Shown here piece after piece: positions 31,600 through 41,833 of a stretch of DNA of 64,000 nt. Positions within the stretch are counted from its first letter, which is position 1; the number at the start of each line of letters is the position of its first letter. The DNA is from an uncultured Succinivibrionaceae bacterium (GTDB lineage Bacteria; Pseudomonadota; Gammaproteobacteria; Enterobacterales; Succinivibrionaceae), in assembly GCA_944393045.1 (NCBI GenBank), contig CALXYT010000005.1:1-64000 (forward strand). Direction: 5' to 3'. Position numbers and translations under genes: made by a program. Below the pieces are notes generated by a model that saw nothing but the letters and a program-made list of their open reading frames with translations, was not told the DNA's origin and made no database searches.

Positions 31600-32082
31600 A
31601 TGGATAAGACTCCAATGACTGTACGTGGTGCCAAGATGATGCGTGAGCAGCTAGAACATCTTAAAACTGTTGAACGCCCTCGCATCAGTGCACAGATTGC
31701 TGAGGCTAGAGAGCATGGTGATTTGAAAGAAAATGCTGAATACCATGCAGCTCGTGAAGAGCAGGGTATTTGTGAAGCACATATTAAAGATATGGAAGCT
31801 AAGTTAGGTTCAGCTGAAATTATTGATGTCACTAAATTACCTGCAACTAAAGATCCAAAGGTAGTATTTGGTGCAACTGTTACTATTGAAAAAGACGAGA
31901 CTGGTGAGCAAATTACTTATAAGATTGTTGGTGAGGATGAGGCTGATATTGAAAATGGTTTAATTTCATATAAGACTCCAATCGCTAAGGGCTTAATGGG
32001 TAAATATGCTGATGATGATGTAGTAATCAATACTCCAAAGGGCGGGGTAAATTATTACATTGTGAAGGTTGAGTATATTTAA
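31600..32082 (+). CDS. greA: Transcription elongation factor GreA
   Basis: Collinear with E. coli GreA (…PMT(V/L)RGA…[18 protein letters not shown]…). 160 aa. Confidence 0.9.
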   Translation: MDKTPMTVRGAKMMREQLEHLKTVERPRISAQIAEAREHGDLKENAEYHAAREEQGICEAHIKDMEAKLGSAEIIDVTKLPATKDPKVVFGATVTIEKDETGEQITYKIVGEDEADIENGLISYKTPIAKGLMGKYADDDVVINTPKGGVNYYIVKVEYI

Positions 32083-32229
32083 TTTAGTTTAAACAAGTCA
32101 AATAACACCAACTTTGAAATACATCTTGCTAAGGTTTTATGCTCAATATTTTAGAGCAGAACTGCAAGCTAGAAGTTGTATGTTAAAAGTTTCAGGCCTG
32201 AAGCCCACTGTCAAAAGTTAAAATTAAAA

Positions 32230-32271
32230 ATAACCCCACTGAAGTTTTTAAAGTTTAGTGGGGTGTTTTTT
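32230..32271. terminator. Bidirectional terminator between convergent greA and yhbY
   Basis: Stem ccccact / agtgggg flanked by an A-tract upstream and TGTTTTTT downstream. Confidence 0.6.
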
Positions 32272-32298
32272 AGTTAGTAAGGTTGTATTGAAGGAATG

Positions 32299-32598
32299 TT
32301 ATTCTTTTGGTAAAACAAACTTACTATTATTTTTAGCTTTTTTAAATAAGGTAAGGTTATTACCAAGGTATTGCACAATAGTTGATTCAGTTAATTTAGC
32401 AATTTCTTCGGCAACAGCCTCTTTTTGTTCTTTATCCTCAAGAGCAATCTTTACTTTAATAAGTTCATGATGATTAATTGAAGTGATAATTTCATTGATA
32501 ACAGATTCAGCAAGACCTTTTTTACCAATCATTACTACTGGCTTTAATTCATGAGCTTTATTCTTTAAAAAAAGTTTTTGTTTGGTAGTTAATTCCAT
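32299..32598 (-). CDS. yhbY: RNA-binding protein YhbY (CRS1/YhbY domain)
   Basis: 99 aa. KLFLKNKAHELKPVVMIGKKGL…ELIKVK is the CRM-domain signature. Convergent with greA and upstream of rlmE, as in E. coli. Confidence 0.85.
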   Translation of the reverse strand: MELTTKQKLFLKNKAHELKPVVMIGKKGLAESVINEIITSINHHELIKVKIALEDKEQKEAVAEEIAKLTESTIVQYLGNNLTLFKKAKNNSKFVLPKE

Positions 32599-33113
32599 TA
32601 AATGTTCACCTGTAATTTTTTATTGAGTAAGTTTGAGCTTAGGCATTTATTAGTATATATCATAACAAGATTTAAGCATTTTTGTTAGATGTGCAACAAG
32701 CTTACGATGATAGATGCAAAATAATTTTGTGCAATTCTAACAATATTTAAAGAATTTGATAAGTTTTTCTTAATCTTATAGGAGTATCTTATATAAGTTA
32801 TTGGCAAATCATCATTTGGGTAAGGGTTAAGATTAGTAGAGATTAGCTAGTAAAATAAGAAATTTTCTAGTTTACAGAAAGTTTTATTGCAAATTAGTAA
32901 GATTGACCTTATATAAAAGAAAAGAGAGTCTTATGAAAAGTAATTCTCGTTATTAAAGGTATACTAAGAGCGCTCTTATTTAGTAAGAATAATGCTGCTT
33001 TATCATATTTAGCCTTAGGCGCAATTATTGTCGTAAAACAAATTTTAGTATACAATAATACAAAATTAGCATCAGAAGAAGATTTCCAAAGAGATTAAAG
33101 TATATAAAACTTC

Positions 33114-33767
33114 ATGGCCAAGAAAAAAAGAACAGCTAGTCAAGCAAGATGGCTACAAGAGCATTTTAGTGATATCTATGTTCAAGAAGCTCATAAACAG
33201 GGTCTACGTTCTAGAGCAAGCTTTAAACTAGAAGAAATACAAGGTAAAGATCGTATTATTAAATCTGGGTATAAAGTCGTAGACCTTGGGGCAGCTCCTG
33301 GCGGTTGGTCACAATACGCTATAACTTGCGTTGGCGATCAAGGAAGAGTTGTTGCTTGTGATATATTACCGATGACTCCAATTAATGGAGTTGATTTTTT
33401 ACAAGGCGACTTCAGAGAACAGGAAGTATTAGATAAGCTCTTAGCAATAGTTGGCGATACTAAAGTTGATGTAATTCTTTCGGATATGGCACCTAATATG
33501 TCAGGCAATGTAGGTGTTGATCAGCCAAGAGCCATGTACTTAGTGGAGCTTGCATTTGAGATGTGTAACCAAATCCTTCGTGAAGGTGGTTCCTTTGTAG
33601 TTAAAGTATTTAATGGTGAAGGAACAGAACAATATTTAAAGATGGTACGCCAGGCATTTAAAGAGGTGCGTGTGCGTAAACCTGACGCCTCCCGAGCTCG
33701 TTCCAGAGAGGTTTATTATGTATGCACGGGCTTTAAGGGATCGCAGGAACAACAGTTTTTTAGGTAA
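33114..33767 (+). CDS. rlmE: 23S rRNA (uridine2552-2'-O)-methyltransferase RlmE (FtsJ/RrmJ)
   Basis: [16 protein letters not shown] motif; catalytic K-D-K-E context (…DMAPNMSG…VKVF). Precedes ftsH. Confidence 0.9.
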   Translation: MAKKKRTASQARWLQEHFSDIYVQEAHKQGLRSRASFKLEEIQGKDRIIKSGYKVVDLGAAPGGWSQYAITCVGDQGRVVACDILPMTPINGVDFLQGDFREQEVLDKLLAIVGDTKVDVILSDMAPNMSGNVGVDQPRAMYLVELAFEMCNQILREGGSFVVKVFNGEGTEQYLKMVRQAFKEVRVRKPDASRARSREVYYVCTGFKGSQEQQFFR

Positions 33768-33791
33768 TTGCCTAGCAAAAGGGAAGATATA

Positions 33792-35729
33792 ATGGCAAGA
33801 AATCTTACAATATGGATCGTTGTTGCTTTATTGATAGTATTTTTTTGGGATACTATGAACTCCAATGGTTCGAGTTCATCATCTAACCAGAATAACTATG
33901 TAAGCTTTAAGCAAGAACTTGAACAAGGGCGTATTGGTAAAGTTACTATTAAAGATCGTGAGTTATTGGTAACTAGCACCTCAGGTGAAAAGTATACGGT
34001 TATTATGCCTTTATTTGATGATACTTTATTACCTAAACTAGAGGAAAAAGGCGTTGCAACAGTTGGTGTAAAACCAGAAGAAACTAGTATCTTCTTATCG
34101 ATTTTGATCTCTTGGTTCCCAATGATTTTGCTTATTGGTGTATGGCTTTATTTCATGCATAGTATGCAAGGTGGTGGTAAAGGTGGTGCTTTAAGCTTCT
34201 CAAAGAGTAAAGCTAAACTTTTAAGCGAAGATCAAGTTAAGACAACCTTCGCAGATGTTGCAGGTTGTGATGAAGCGAAAGAAGAAGTAAAAGAGCTGGT
34301 TGATTACCTTAAAGATCCGTCTAAATTCCAAAAGCTTGGCGGTAAGATTCCAAGAGGTGTGCTCTTAGTAGGTCAGCCAGGTACTGGTAAAACTCTGTTA
34401 GCCAAGGCTATTGCAGGTGAGGCTAAAGTTCCATTCTTCTCAATTTCAGGTTCTGACTTTGTGGAAATGTTTGTTGGTGTTGGTGCTAGCCGTGTACGTG
34501 ATATGTTCGAGCAGGCTAAGAAAAAATGTCCATGCATTATCTTTATAGATGAAATTGATGCGGTGGGTCGTAAAAGAGGTATTGCAGTAGGCGGTGGTCA
34601 TGATGAACGAGAACAGACATTAAATCAGCTATTAGTAGAAATGGATGGTTTTGATGGTCATGAGGCTGTTATAGTAGTTGCTGCTACTAACCGTCCTGAT
34701 GTTCTTGATCCAGCATTGTTACGACCTGGTCGTTTTGACAGACAAGTAACTGTTGGCTTGCCTGATGTTAAGGGGCGTGAACAAATATTAAAGGTACACA
34801 CTAAAAAGGTTCCTGTTGCTGAGGATGTAGATGTGGCGTTAATTGCTCGTGGTACTCCAGGTTTCTCAGGAGCAGAACTTGCAAACTTGGTTAATGAGGC
34901 AGCGTTAGCCGCAGCTCGAGCTAATAAAAAGCAAGTTGGTATGGCAGAGTTTGAATTTGCGAAAGATAAGCTTTTAATGGGTACTGAACGTCGTTCTTTA
35001 GCAATGAGCGAAGATGAAAAGATAAATACTGCTTACCATGAGGCAGGTCATGCTATTGTTGGTAAGTTGGTACCTGATCATGATCCTGTTTATAAAGTTT
35101 CAATTATTCCAAGAGCACGTGCTTTAGGTGTTACTACTTACTTACCTGAAAATGATCGCTTCAGTTACACCAAGCAGCATATTGAATCACTGATTAGTTC
35201 CTTATTTGGTGGTCGTATTGCTGAAGAGATTATTTGTGGTGAGGAAAAGGTAACTACTGGTGCCTCTAACGATATTGAGCGTGCTACAGATTTAGCTTCT
35301 AAAATGGTATTACGCTGGGGGATGAGTAATAAGATTGGTCCTCAGCTTATGATTGAACCTGAGCAAGAATCATTCTTAGGTTCACAAGGAGCTAGAACTA
35401 AGACTATCGGTTTAGAAACGCAGAAAGTAATCGATTTAGAAATTAAAGAAATATTAGAGCGCAATTATCAGCGTGCTAAGAAAATCTTAGAAGATAATAT
35501 CGATATTCTTCATGCTATGAAAGATGCACTTATGCAATATGAAACCTTAGATTCTGAGCAAATTGATGATTTACTTGCTAGAAGACCTGTGCGTGAAGTT
35601 AGTAAGCCAGCTGAGAATAAGCAAGATAAAGGTTCTAAGAGTAGTGATGCTCCTAAGGTGGAGAGTGTTAATATTAACGCTCCAAAAGAAGAGAGCAGAG
35701 GTGCTGAAGATAACAAAGAAGATAAATAA
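33792..35729 (+). CDS. ftsH: ATP-dependent zinc metalloprotease FtsH
   Basis: Starts MARNL… like E. coli FtsH. Two transmembrane helices, AAA Walker A GQPGTGKT, second region of homology, zinc site HEAGHAIVG. Confidence 0.95.
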   Translation: MARNLTIWIVVALLIVFFWDTMNSNGSSSSSNQNNYVSFKQELEQGRIGKVTIKDRELLVTSTSGEKYTVIMPLFDDTLLPKLEEKGVATVGVKPEETSIFLSILISWFPMILLIGVWLYFMHSMQGGGKGGALSFSKSKAKLLSEDQVKTTFADVAGCDEAKEEVKELVDYLKDPSKFQKLGGKIPRGVLLVGQPGTGKTLLAKAIAGEAKVPFFSISGSDFVEMFVGVGASRVRDMFEQAKKKCPCIIFIDEIDAVGRKRGIAVGGGHDEREQTLNQLLVEMDGFDGHEAVIVVAATNRPDVLDPALLRPGRFDRQVTVGLPDVKGREQILKVHTKKVPVAEDVDVALIARGTPGFSGAELANLVNEAALAAARANKKQVGMAEFEFAKDKLLMGTERRSLAMSEDEKINTAYHEAGHAIVGKLVPDHDPVYKVSIIPRARALGVTTYLPENDRFSYTKQHIESLISSLFGGRIAEEIICGEEKVTTGASNDIERATDLASKMVLRWGMSNKIGPQLMIEPEQESFLGSQGARTKTIGLETQKVIDLEIKEILERNYQRAKKILEDNIDILHAMKDALMQYETLDSEQIDDLLARRPVREVSKPAENKQDKGSKSSDAPKVESVNINAPKEESRGAEDNKEDK

Positions 35730-35749
35730 AAATTTTAACTAGATAATGA

Positions 35750-35788
35750 AAAGCTTCACTTAGGAATTTTCTTGGGTGAGGCTTTTTT
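35750..35788 (+). terminator. Rho-independent terminator after ftsH
   Basis: Stem aagcttcac / gtgaggctt (one G·U pair) followed by TTTTT. Confidence 0.5.
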
Positions 35789-35965
35789 AGTATAAAAATG
35801 TTATTTTTTCGCGTAAACTGTCATTTTTACTGGTAACATCTTGCATAGGGCAGATAATATTGATATTGTGCTAACATTTGGCAAGCTTAAGGATAAATAG
35901 TAATTAGAAAGTACGTTATTGATGTTTAGAGAGACATCATTGGTTACTACTTTAAAGGAATTTGT

Positions 35966-36853
35966 ATGAAACTTTTTGCTCATGGTTCTTCTCTAGATTT
36001 ATCAACTCCTAAGGTAATGGGGATTTTAAATGTAACTCCGGATTCATTCTCAGATGGAGGTACTCATAATAAATTTGCTGATGCTTTAGCATTTGCTCGC
36101 AAGATGATTTCCGACGGTGCTGATATCATTGATATTGGGGGTGAATCAACTCGCCCAGGAGCTTCTTTAGTATCTGAGCAAGAAGAACTTGACCGTGTAG
36201 TTCCAGTAGTTGAGGCACTTGCTAAGGAATCCGATGTTTGGATTTCTGTTGATACCTCCAAACCTAAAGTTATGAGTGAGAGTGTAAAAGCTGGTGCGCA
36301 TTTAATTAATGACATTAGAGCATTACAAGTTCCTGGAGCTATCGAGGTATGTGCTGAGTTAAAAGTACCTGTATGCTTAATGCATATGCAAGGTGAACCT
36401 CAGAACATGCAAGATAACCCCGTTTATAATGATTTATTAGGAGATATAAATCAGTTCTTTTATGAAAGAATCCATGAATGTTTAAATAAAGGTATGAGGC
36501 GATCTAATTTATTAATTGATCCTGGTTTTGGGTTTGGTAAGACTTTAGATCAAAATTATGAATTATTAGGTCGTTTAGATACTTTTAAGAGTTTTTCGTT
36601 ACCAATTTTAATTGGTTTATCACGTAAATCACTTATTGGTAATTATTTAAATGTTCCTGTTAATGAGCGTTTAGCAGGCTCACTAGCCCTTGCTTTATAT
36701 AGCATTATGAAAGGGGCGCGTATTGTGCGTGTGCATGATGTATTAGAAACAGTGCAGGCAATTAAGTGCTGGACTTTTGCAGATGAGCATGATCATAAAG
36801 TTCATAAGATTGGTGAGATTTTCAAAGGGAAACACTCGGCTGCGACTAAGTAA
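35966..36853 (+). CDS. folP: Dihydropteroate synthase
   Basis: GILNVTPDSFSDGG, DIGGESTRPGA and the pterin-binding barrel motifs. 295 aa. Confidence 0.9.
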   Translation: MKLFAHGSSLDLSTPKVMGILNVTPDSFSDGGTHNKFADALAFARKMISDGADIIDIGGESTRPGASLVSEQEELDRVVPVVEALAKESDVWISVDTSKPKVMSESVKAGAHLINDIRALQVPGAIEVCAELKVPVCLMHMQGEPQNMQDNPVYNDLLGDINQFFYERIHECLNKGMRRSNLLIDPGFGFGKTLDQNYELLGRLDTFKSFSLPILIGLSRKSLIGNYLNVPVNERLAGSLALALYSIMKGARIVRVHDVLETVQAIKCWTFADEHDHKVHKIGEIFKGKHSAATK

Positions 36854-36957
36854 TGCAGCATTTTAAGCAAAAGATTCACACAGTAATTTTTTTTCTATAA
36901 AAGTAATGAAAGCTACAACGAAAGCTAATAATCTAGTAGCAGATATGGAATGATATT

Positions 36958-38298
36958 ATGCAGAGAAAGTATTTTGGGACTGATGGTGTACGTGGTAAGG
37001 TTGGGGTATTGCCCATTGTGCCTGATTTTGTTATGAAATTAGGTTGGGCTGCTGGTAAGGTGCTTTCTGAAAAAGGTACTAAGAAGGTTATTATCGGTAA
37101 AGATACCCGCATTTCAGGTTATATGCTTGAGGCTGCCTTAGAGGCTGGTTTTTCTGCAGCAGGTGTTAAATCTGTATTACTTGGGCCTATGCCAACTCCT
37201 GCTATTGCTTATTTAACTCGTGCTTTTCGTGCAGAGGCAGGGGTAGTTATTAGCGCTTCCCATAATCCATTTTACGATAATGGTATTAAGTTTTTTTCAA
37301 AAGACGGCACTAAACTTCCTGATGAAATAGAAGCTAGGATTGAAGCGCTCTTAGATGAAGAGATGACTGTGGTTGAACCTGAAAAACTTGGTAAAGCCTC
37401 ACGTAAAGATGATGCTCCAGGTCGATATGTAGAGTTTTGTAAAGGCTCATTTCCTAATTCTTTAACCATGGATGGCATTAGAGTTGTTCTTGACTGTGCG
37501 CATGGTGCAACTTACCAGGTAGCTCCACATGTATTTAATGAGCTTGGTGCTGAAGTTATTGTTATTGGTAATGAACCAAATGGTACTAATATCAATGATA
37601 TGTACGGCTCAACTCATCCTGATAACTTGATTGCCAAAGTACTGCAAACCAGAGCCGATATCGGTATTGCTTTTGATGGTGATGGCGATAGAGTAATGAT
37701 GGTTGATAAGGATGGAACCTTACTTGATGGCGATGTTTTGTTATATATTATTGCCAAGTGGCAAAAAGAAAATAATAAGCTTGATGGCGGGGTTGTAGGC
37801 ACTTTAATGTCTAACTTAGGACTTGAGCAGGCATTAGGAAGATTAGGTGTTCCATTTGCTCGTGCTAAAGTAGGTGACCGCTACGTTATGGAGCAGCTAC
37901 TTGAAAAAGGTTGGAAGCTTGGTGGCGAAAACTCAGGCCACATTATAAGTTTACGTCATACCACAACAGGCGATGGTATAATCTCCGCTCTTCAGGTTAT
38001 TAGAGCTATGTGTGATACTCACTTAAGTATTAAAGAACTACGTAAGGATTTAGTGCTTTATCCACAAGTATTAAAGAACGTTCGCCTAACTGCTGGCTTT
38101 AATGCTCTTACTGATGAAAAAGTAAAGAAAGTGATAGCAGAAGCTGAAAAAACCTTAGGTGATAAGGGGCGAGTATTATTACGTAATTCTGGTACCGAAC
38201 CATTAGTTAGAGTAATGGTTGAAGGTGAGGATGGACAATTAGTAAATCAACTTGCTACCAAAATTGCAAATGTAATTGTAAAGGAGAGTCAGATATAG
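36958..38298 (+). CDS. glmM: Phosphoglucosamine mutase
   Basis: [13 protein letters not shown] at the N-terminus; active-site serine loop SASHNP; GDGDR Mg-binding loop. 446 aa. Confidence 0.95.
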   Translation: MQRKYFGTDGVRGKVGVLPIVPDFVMKLGWAAGKVLSEKGTKKVIIGKDTRISGYMLEAALEAGFSAAGVKSVLLGPMPTPAIAYLTRAFRAEAGVVISASHNPFYDNGIKFFSKDGTKLPDEIEARIEALLDEEMTVVEPEKLGKASRKDDAPGRYVEFCKGSFPNSLTMDGIRVVLDCAHGATYQVAPHVFNELGAEVIVIGNEPNGTNINDMYGSTHPDNLIAKVLQTRADIGIAFDGDGDRVMMVDKDGTLLDGDVLLYIIAKWQKENNKLDGGVVGTLMSNLGLEQALGRLGVPFARAKVGDRYVMEQLLEKGWKLGGENSGHIISLRHTTTGDGIISALQVIRAMCDTHLSIKELRKDLVLYPQVLKNVRLTAGFNALTDEKVKKVIAEAEKTLGDKGRVLLRNSGTEPLVRVMVEGEDGQLVNQLATKIANVIVKESQI

Positions 38299-38429
38299 TA
38301 GTGGTGGGCGTTTTTTAAGCAATTTAAACAGTATTTAATAAAAAATTTAAAAAAAGCTTGAAAAGTTAAATATTCTTGCTAGAATAGCGCCCATTGAAAT
38401 TTGCTTGATAAGCTAAGGGTAAGATAAGC

Positions 38430-38945
38430 ATGACCTTATTAACTACAATATTATTAGTGCTATTTTTATTAGTATCAATTTTCCTTGTTATCTTAATTTT
38501 GGTGCAACAGGGTAAAGGTGCTGGTATGGGCGCATCATTTGGTGCAGGTGCATCTAATACTTTATTTGGTTCAGTTGGTAGTGCTGGTTTCTTAACTAAG
38601 TTTACTTGGTCGCTCACTTTCTTATTTTTTGCATTAAGTATTGCATTAGGTTATTTAAATGCTCATCGTGTAAAGAACGATGCCAGCGGTTCATTTGAGC
38701 AGATTGAAGAAGTAGCAGCTCCTGCAACAGTAAAGGCAGTTGATGTTAATCAAGAACTTAATAAAGATGTTAAAGATGCAGGAACTAAAGATTCTGCTAA
38801 AAAGGCTGGTGGTCCTGCTGTTGAGATTAAGAAGTCTCAAGAAGTGGCTCAGCCAAAAGAAGTTAAGGCTCCAGAAGCTCAGCCTCCTAAGGTTCAAGAA
38901 GTACCTCAAACACAGGAAGCTCCTAAGACTCAAGAAGCTAAATAG
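38430..38945 (+). CDS. secG: Preprotein translocase subunit SecG with a ~60-aa low-complexity C-terminal extension
   Basis: N-terminal ~110 aa match SecG (LVQQGKGAGMGASFGAGASNTLFGS). The C-terminus is Lys/Glu/Pro/Gln-rich (…AQPKEVKAPEAQPPKVQEVPQTQEAPKTQEAK). Confidence 0.85.
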   Translation: MTLLTTILLVLFLLVSIFLVILILVQQGKGAGMGASFGAGASNTLFGSVGSAGFLTKFTWSLTFLFFALSIALGYLNAHRVKNDASGSFEQIEEVAAPATVKAVDVNQELNKDVKDAGTKDSAKKAGGPAVEIKKSQEVAQPKEVKAPEAQPPKVQEVPQTQEAPKTQEAK

Positions 38946-38951
38946 TTTTTT

Positions 38952-39036
38952 GCCCGGGTGGTGGAATTGGTAGACACGCTACCTTGAGGTGGTAGTGCGT
39001 AACGGCGTACGGGTTCAAGTCCCGTCTCGGGTACCA
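38952..39036 (+). tRNA. leuU: tRNA-Leu (anticodon GAG), copy 1
   Basis: 85-nt cloverleaf. Anticodon loop cTTGAGGt. Long variable arm typical of Leu. Near-identical to E. coli leuU, which likewise follows secG. Ends in CCA. Confidence 0.9.
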
Positions 39037-39141
39037 TTAAAAAACTTAATAGTCAATATCTAGCTACTAAATTGGCTCTTAAGTAATCTTAAAATTAGTA
39101 GCAACCGTTTAATTAAGCTTAATGCTTAAATTTACAATTAT

Positions 39142-39226
39142 GCCCGGGTGGTGGAATTGGTAGACACGCTACCTTGAGGTGGTAGTGCGTAACGGCGTAC
39201 GGGTTCAAGTCCCGTCTCGGGTACCA
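39142..39226 (+). tRNA. leuU: tRNA-Leu (anticodon GAG), copy 2
   Basis: Sequence identical to copy 1, 105 bp downstream; the short upstream tgcccggg context is also repeated. Confidence 0.9.
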
Positions 39227-39617
39227 ACTTTTTTCCTCTTATAAATAAAGTTAGTGAAAGAGTAATGCAAATTACTCTTTTGCTTACTTATTTTTTTAAC
39301 CTTTTGCAAAAGATTCACTTTCTGTATGTTGATTGCATAAATTTACATATTAGTTCTATCTTCCTCAATTATTCGCAAAAGTATACTTTCTGCGATACAA
39401 TACTTTTTATCAAAGTTTAAGTAATTTAAATTTTAAAATTCTGTAAAAAATTACTTGATTTGTGCGTATAAAAACTATATTATAACAAATATAATGTTGT
39501 GCTAAATCATTGCCATTGGCTCATATTTGTTATAAGCGTCAGCTAGGTTTATAATTAGCAATAACAAAAATATAATTATAAATACAAATATAAATTGAAG
39601 AAACACAAGGAATAACT

Positions 39618-40478
39618 GTGAAAAAATTTTTACTTTTATTAGCGTTTGTTGCTACTATTCCTTTTACTTTAGCTCACGGAGCTCCTGCAAAATATAGAGT
39701 AGCAGTAGGTGAATTAGTAGTAAGCGATCAGGTTAATCCAAAGCAAGCTAAGATTGTTAAGGAATCTAGTTTAATTGCTGATATTGAGAATGCTATTCGA
39801 AATGGTAGAAAGTTTGATTTACTTTCACGCCGTCAGGAAACTTTAACTGCTATTCGTAATGAACAGAAGTTTGCGCAAAGTGGTTTAGCTGCTAAAGATG
39901 CTGCTTTTACAGGTCAGCTTTCTAACGCTCAGGCTATTGTTCAGGTTGAGGTATTAGTCTTTAGTTTTGGGAGAAACGCCTCTAAAGTTCCTCACCTAGA
40001 AAATAAATACCGTGTAAGTGATAATTGTTCTATTGAATTAGCAGTACAAATCGTTGATACCACCAAAGGCACAGTACTAGGAGCTTTTCCGATTAAAGCA
40101 TCTTCAGGCAGTGGTACTTTTGTGAATAATGGTATTGGTGGTGCTAGTCGTTTAATCTTAGATAAAACTATGCAAAAAGCTGCTGCCTCACTAGCCAATC
40201 AGCTTTCTGATACTGTTTATCCAATCACTGTTATTACCGTAAAAGGTAATGATATCTATATTAACCGTGGTAATGATTCAGGTATAAAACAAGGCGAAAT
40301 ATTTGAAGTATTTGCTCCGGGTGAAGAACTCATTGACCCACAAACAGGTGAAAATCTTGGTACAACTGAAACCTTAGTAGGTAAGGTTAAAGTTAAAAAG
40401 ATTAACCCAAAAGTAACTATCGTAAGACCATTAACTTCTAATTTAGAAGTGCAAGCTGGCTATATTCTTCGTAGATAA
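39618..40478 (+). CDS. Secreted protein with an N-terminal LpoB/TolB-N-like domain and a C-terminal beta-rich domain (paralogue of the next gene)
   Basis: Signal peptide (…TLAHG|APAK). N-domain pattern YRVAVGELVV…IADIENAIRNGRKFDLLSRRQ matches the LpoB/CsgG/FlgT-N type fold signature. The C-terminal ~80 aa align clearly with the C-terminus of the 40576 product. Confidence 0.6.
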   Translation: MKKFLLLLAFVATIPFTLAHGAPAKYRVAVGELVVSDQVNPKQAKIVKESSLIADIENAIRNGRKFDLLSRRQETLTAIRNEQKFAQSGLAAKDAAFTGQLSNAQAIVQVEVLVFSFGRNASKVPHLENKYRVSDNCSIELAVQIVDTTKGTVLGAFPIKASSGSGTFVNNGIGGASRLILDKTMQKAAASLANQLSDTVYPITVITVKGNDIYINRGNDSGIKQGEIFEVFAPGEELIDPQTGENLGTTETLVGKVKVKKINPKVTIVRPLTSNLEVQAGYILRR

Positions 40479-40575
40479 GCTTTTTTTATGGTAGTTTTTT
40501 TTAAAGAATGCTTTAGTAAAGAATAACTTTTACTAAAAGTTATATGCCCAAGTTTTTTATCTTGTAGGTCTTTTT

Positions 40576-41814
40576 ATGAGAAAATTATTTTTAGTTTTGC
40601 TAACTGCTTTTGTCTTTTTATTTGCCCATTTTGCTTATGCTGCCAGTGTTAAGCAACGAGCAGTTGAGGTAACAGCAGTAGGCGCAAATCGTGATGCTGC
40701 AATTCAGGCAGCCTTAGTTGAGGCTGTTTCCCAAGTTACTGGTGTTAAGATTGATTCCAATAACTCTTCATATATTGAAACAAAGTATAGTTCTACCGAA
40801 TCTTCTGAAGATGATGAAGATTCGTTTATCAATAATCTTGATGAGGTGCAAAGTAAGAATATTGAAGCTAAAGCTCAAGGTCATGTGTTAAGTTATGAGC
40901 TTTTAAGTGAAAAAACTTCAGCTGCTAATGAAAAGAATGTTGAGGTAACTATTAGAGCACTAGTTTCTTATTATGATGCAGGTGCGCAGGTAAACCGTCA
41001 GCGCTTGGCAGTGCTTAATTTTAAGATTGACGATGACTCAAAAGTTGCTCGTTCTTTTGCACGTTTACTTGAGCAATCAGTTTCTTCTTATTTAACGCAG
41101 GCTCGTAACTTTGCGGTACTTGATAGAGAGTATTTAGCTGAGCGTGATAGTGAACTTGCGCAATTATTACGTAGTGATGTGTTGCCAGTTGAAAGAGCTC
41201 GTATTGGTAATTCTTTAGGAGCTGACTATATGTTAGTAGGCACTATAAATCACTTTAGTATTAAGCGTGAGCAAGAGGTTATTGCCGTAGTTAATGAAGA
41301 GGCATTAGTTGCTAAAGGTAATGCTGCAATTTCTTGGCGTTTAATCAATGTGCCAACCGGAATGGTAGTTGCCTCTAAGCTTGAGAATATCTCCTTTAAT
41401 GAACCAATAGCTGATTCTTTTGAGAGTGCTTTAGTTCGTCCGGCAGAAAAAGTAGGTACTAATATCGCAAGTAGAATCAACGAAACTATTTATCCAATCT
41501 TAGTGGTAGCTAATCGTAATGGCACTCTAACTATTGGTAGAGGTGGCGATTATATCTCTCAAGGAGAAACTTACGATTTAATTGAATATGGTCAAGGAAT
41601 GTATGATCCATATACTAACGAGCCAATTGCTTATGAGGAATATGTTATTGGTAAGGTAGAAATTACTAAAGTAGATCCAAAACTTTCATATGCGAAAGTT
41701 ATTAGTATTACTAAAGATTTACCTGCGCAAATTATACCTAATACTTTAATTATCAGAAAAAGTGCACACATAAATCAGGAGAAACACGTAAAAACATTAC
41801 AACCAAATTGGTAA
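40576..41814 (+). CDS. Secreted protein with an LpoB/TolB-N-like domain and a C-terminal beta-rich domain (paralogue of the previous gene)
   Basis: Signal peptide (…HFAYA|ASVK). RLAVLNFKIDDDSKVARSFARLLEQSVSSYL…LGADYMLVGTINHF is a TolB-N/LpoB-like signature. C-terminus YPILVVANRNGTLTIGRGGDYISQGETYDL…DPYTNEPIAYEEYVIGKVEITKVDPK parallels the 39618 protein. Confidence 0.6.
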   Translation: MRKLFLVLLTAFVFLFAHFAYAASVKQRAVEVTAVGANRDAAIQAALVEAVSQVTGVKIDSNNSSYIETKYSSTESSEDDEDSFINNLDEVQSKNIEAKAQGHVLSYELLSEKTSAANEKNVEVTIRALVSYYDAGAQVNRQRLAVLNFKIDDDSKVARSFARLLEQSVSSYLTQARNFAVLDREYLAERDSELAQLLRSDVLPVERARIGNSLGADYMLVGTINHFSIKREQEVIAVVNEEALVAKGNAAISWRLINVPTGMVVASKLENISFNEPIADSFESALVRPAEKVGTNIASRINETIYPILVVANRNGTLTIGRGGDYISQGETYDLIEYGQGMYDPYTNEPIAYEEYVIGKVEITKVDPKLSYAKVISITKDLPAQIIPNTLIIRKSAHINQEKHVKTLQPNW

Positions 41815-41833
41815 ATAAGGGAAAATAATTACA

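Noticed and set aside
39618-41814. Possibility that the two paralogous exported proteins are CsgG curli-secretion channels
   Set aside because: There is no lipobox (they have plain signal peptides), the lengths are wrong, and there is no similarity to the CsgG sequence I could recall. No csgE/F/A/B genes are nearby. Only the generic TolB-N/LpoB-like fold signature is shared.
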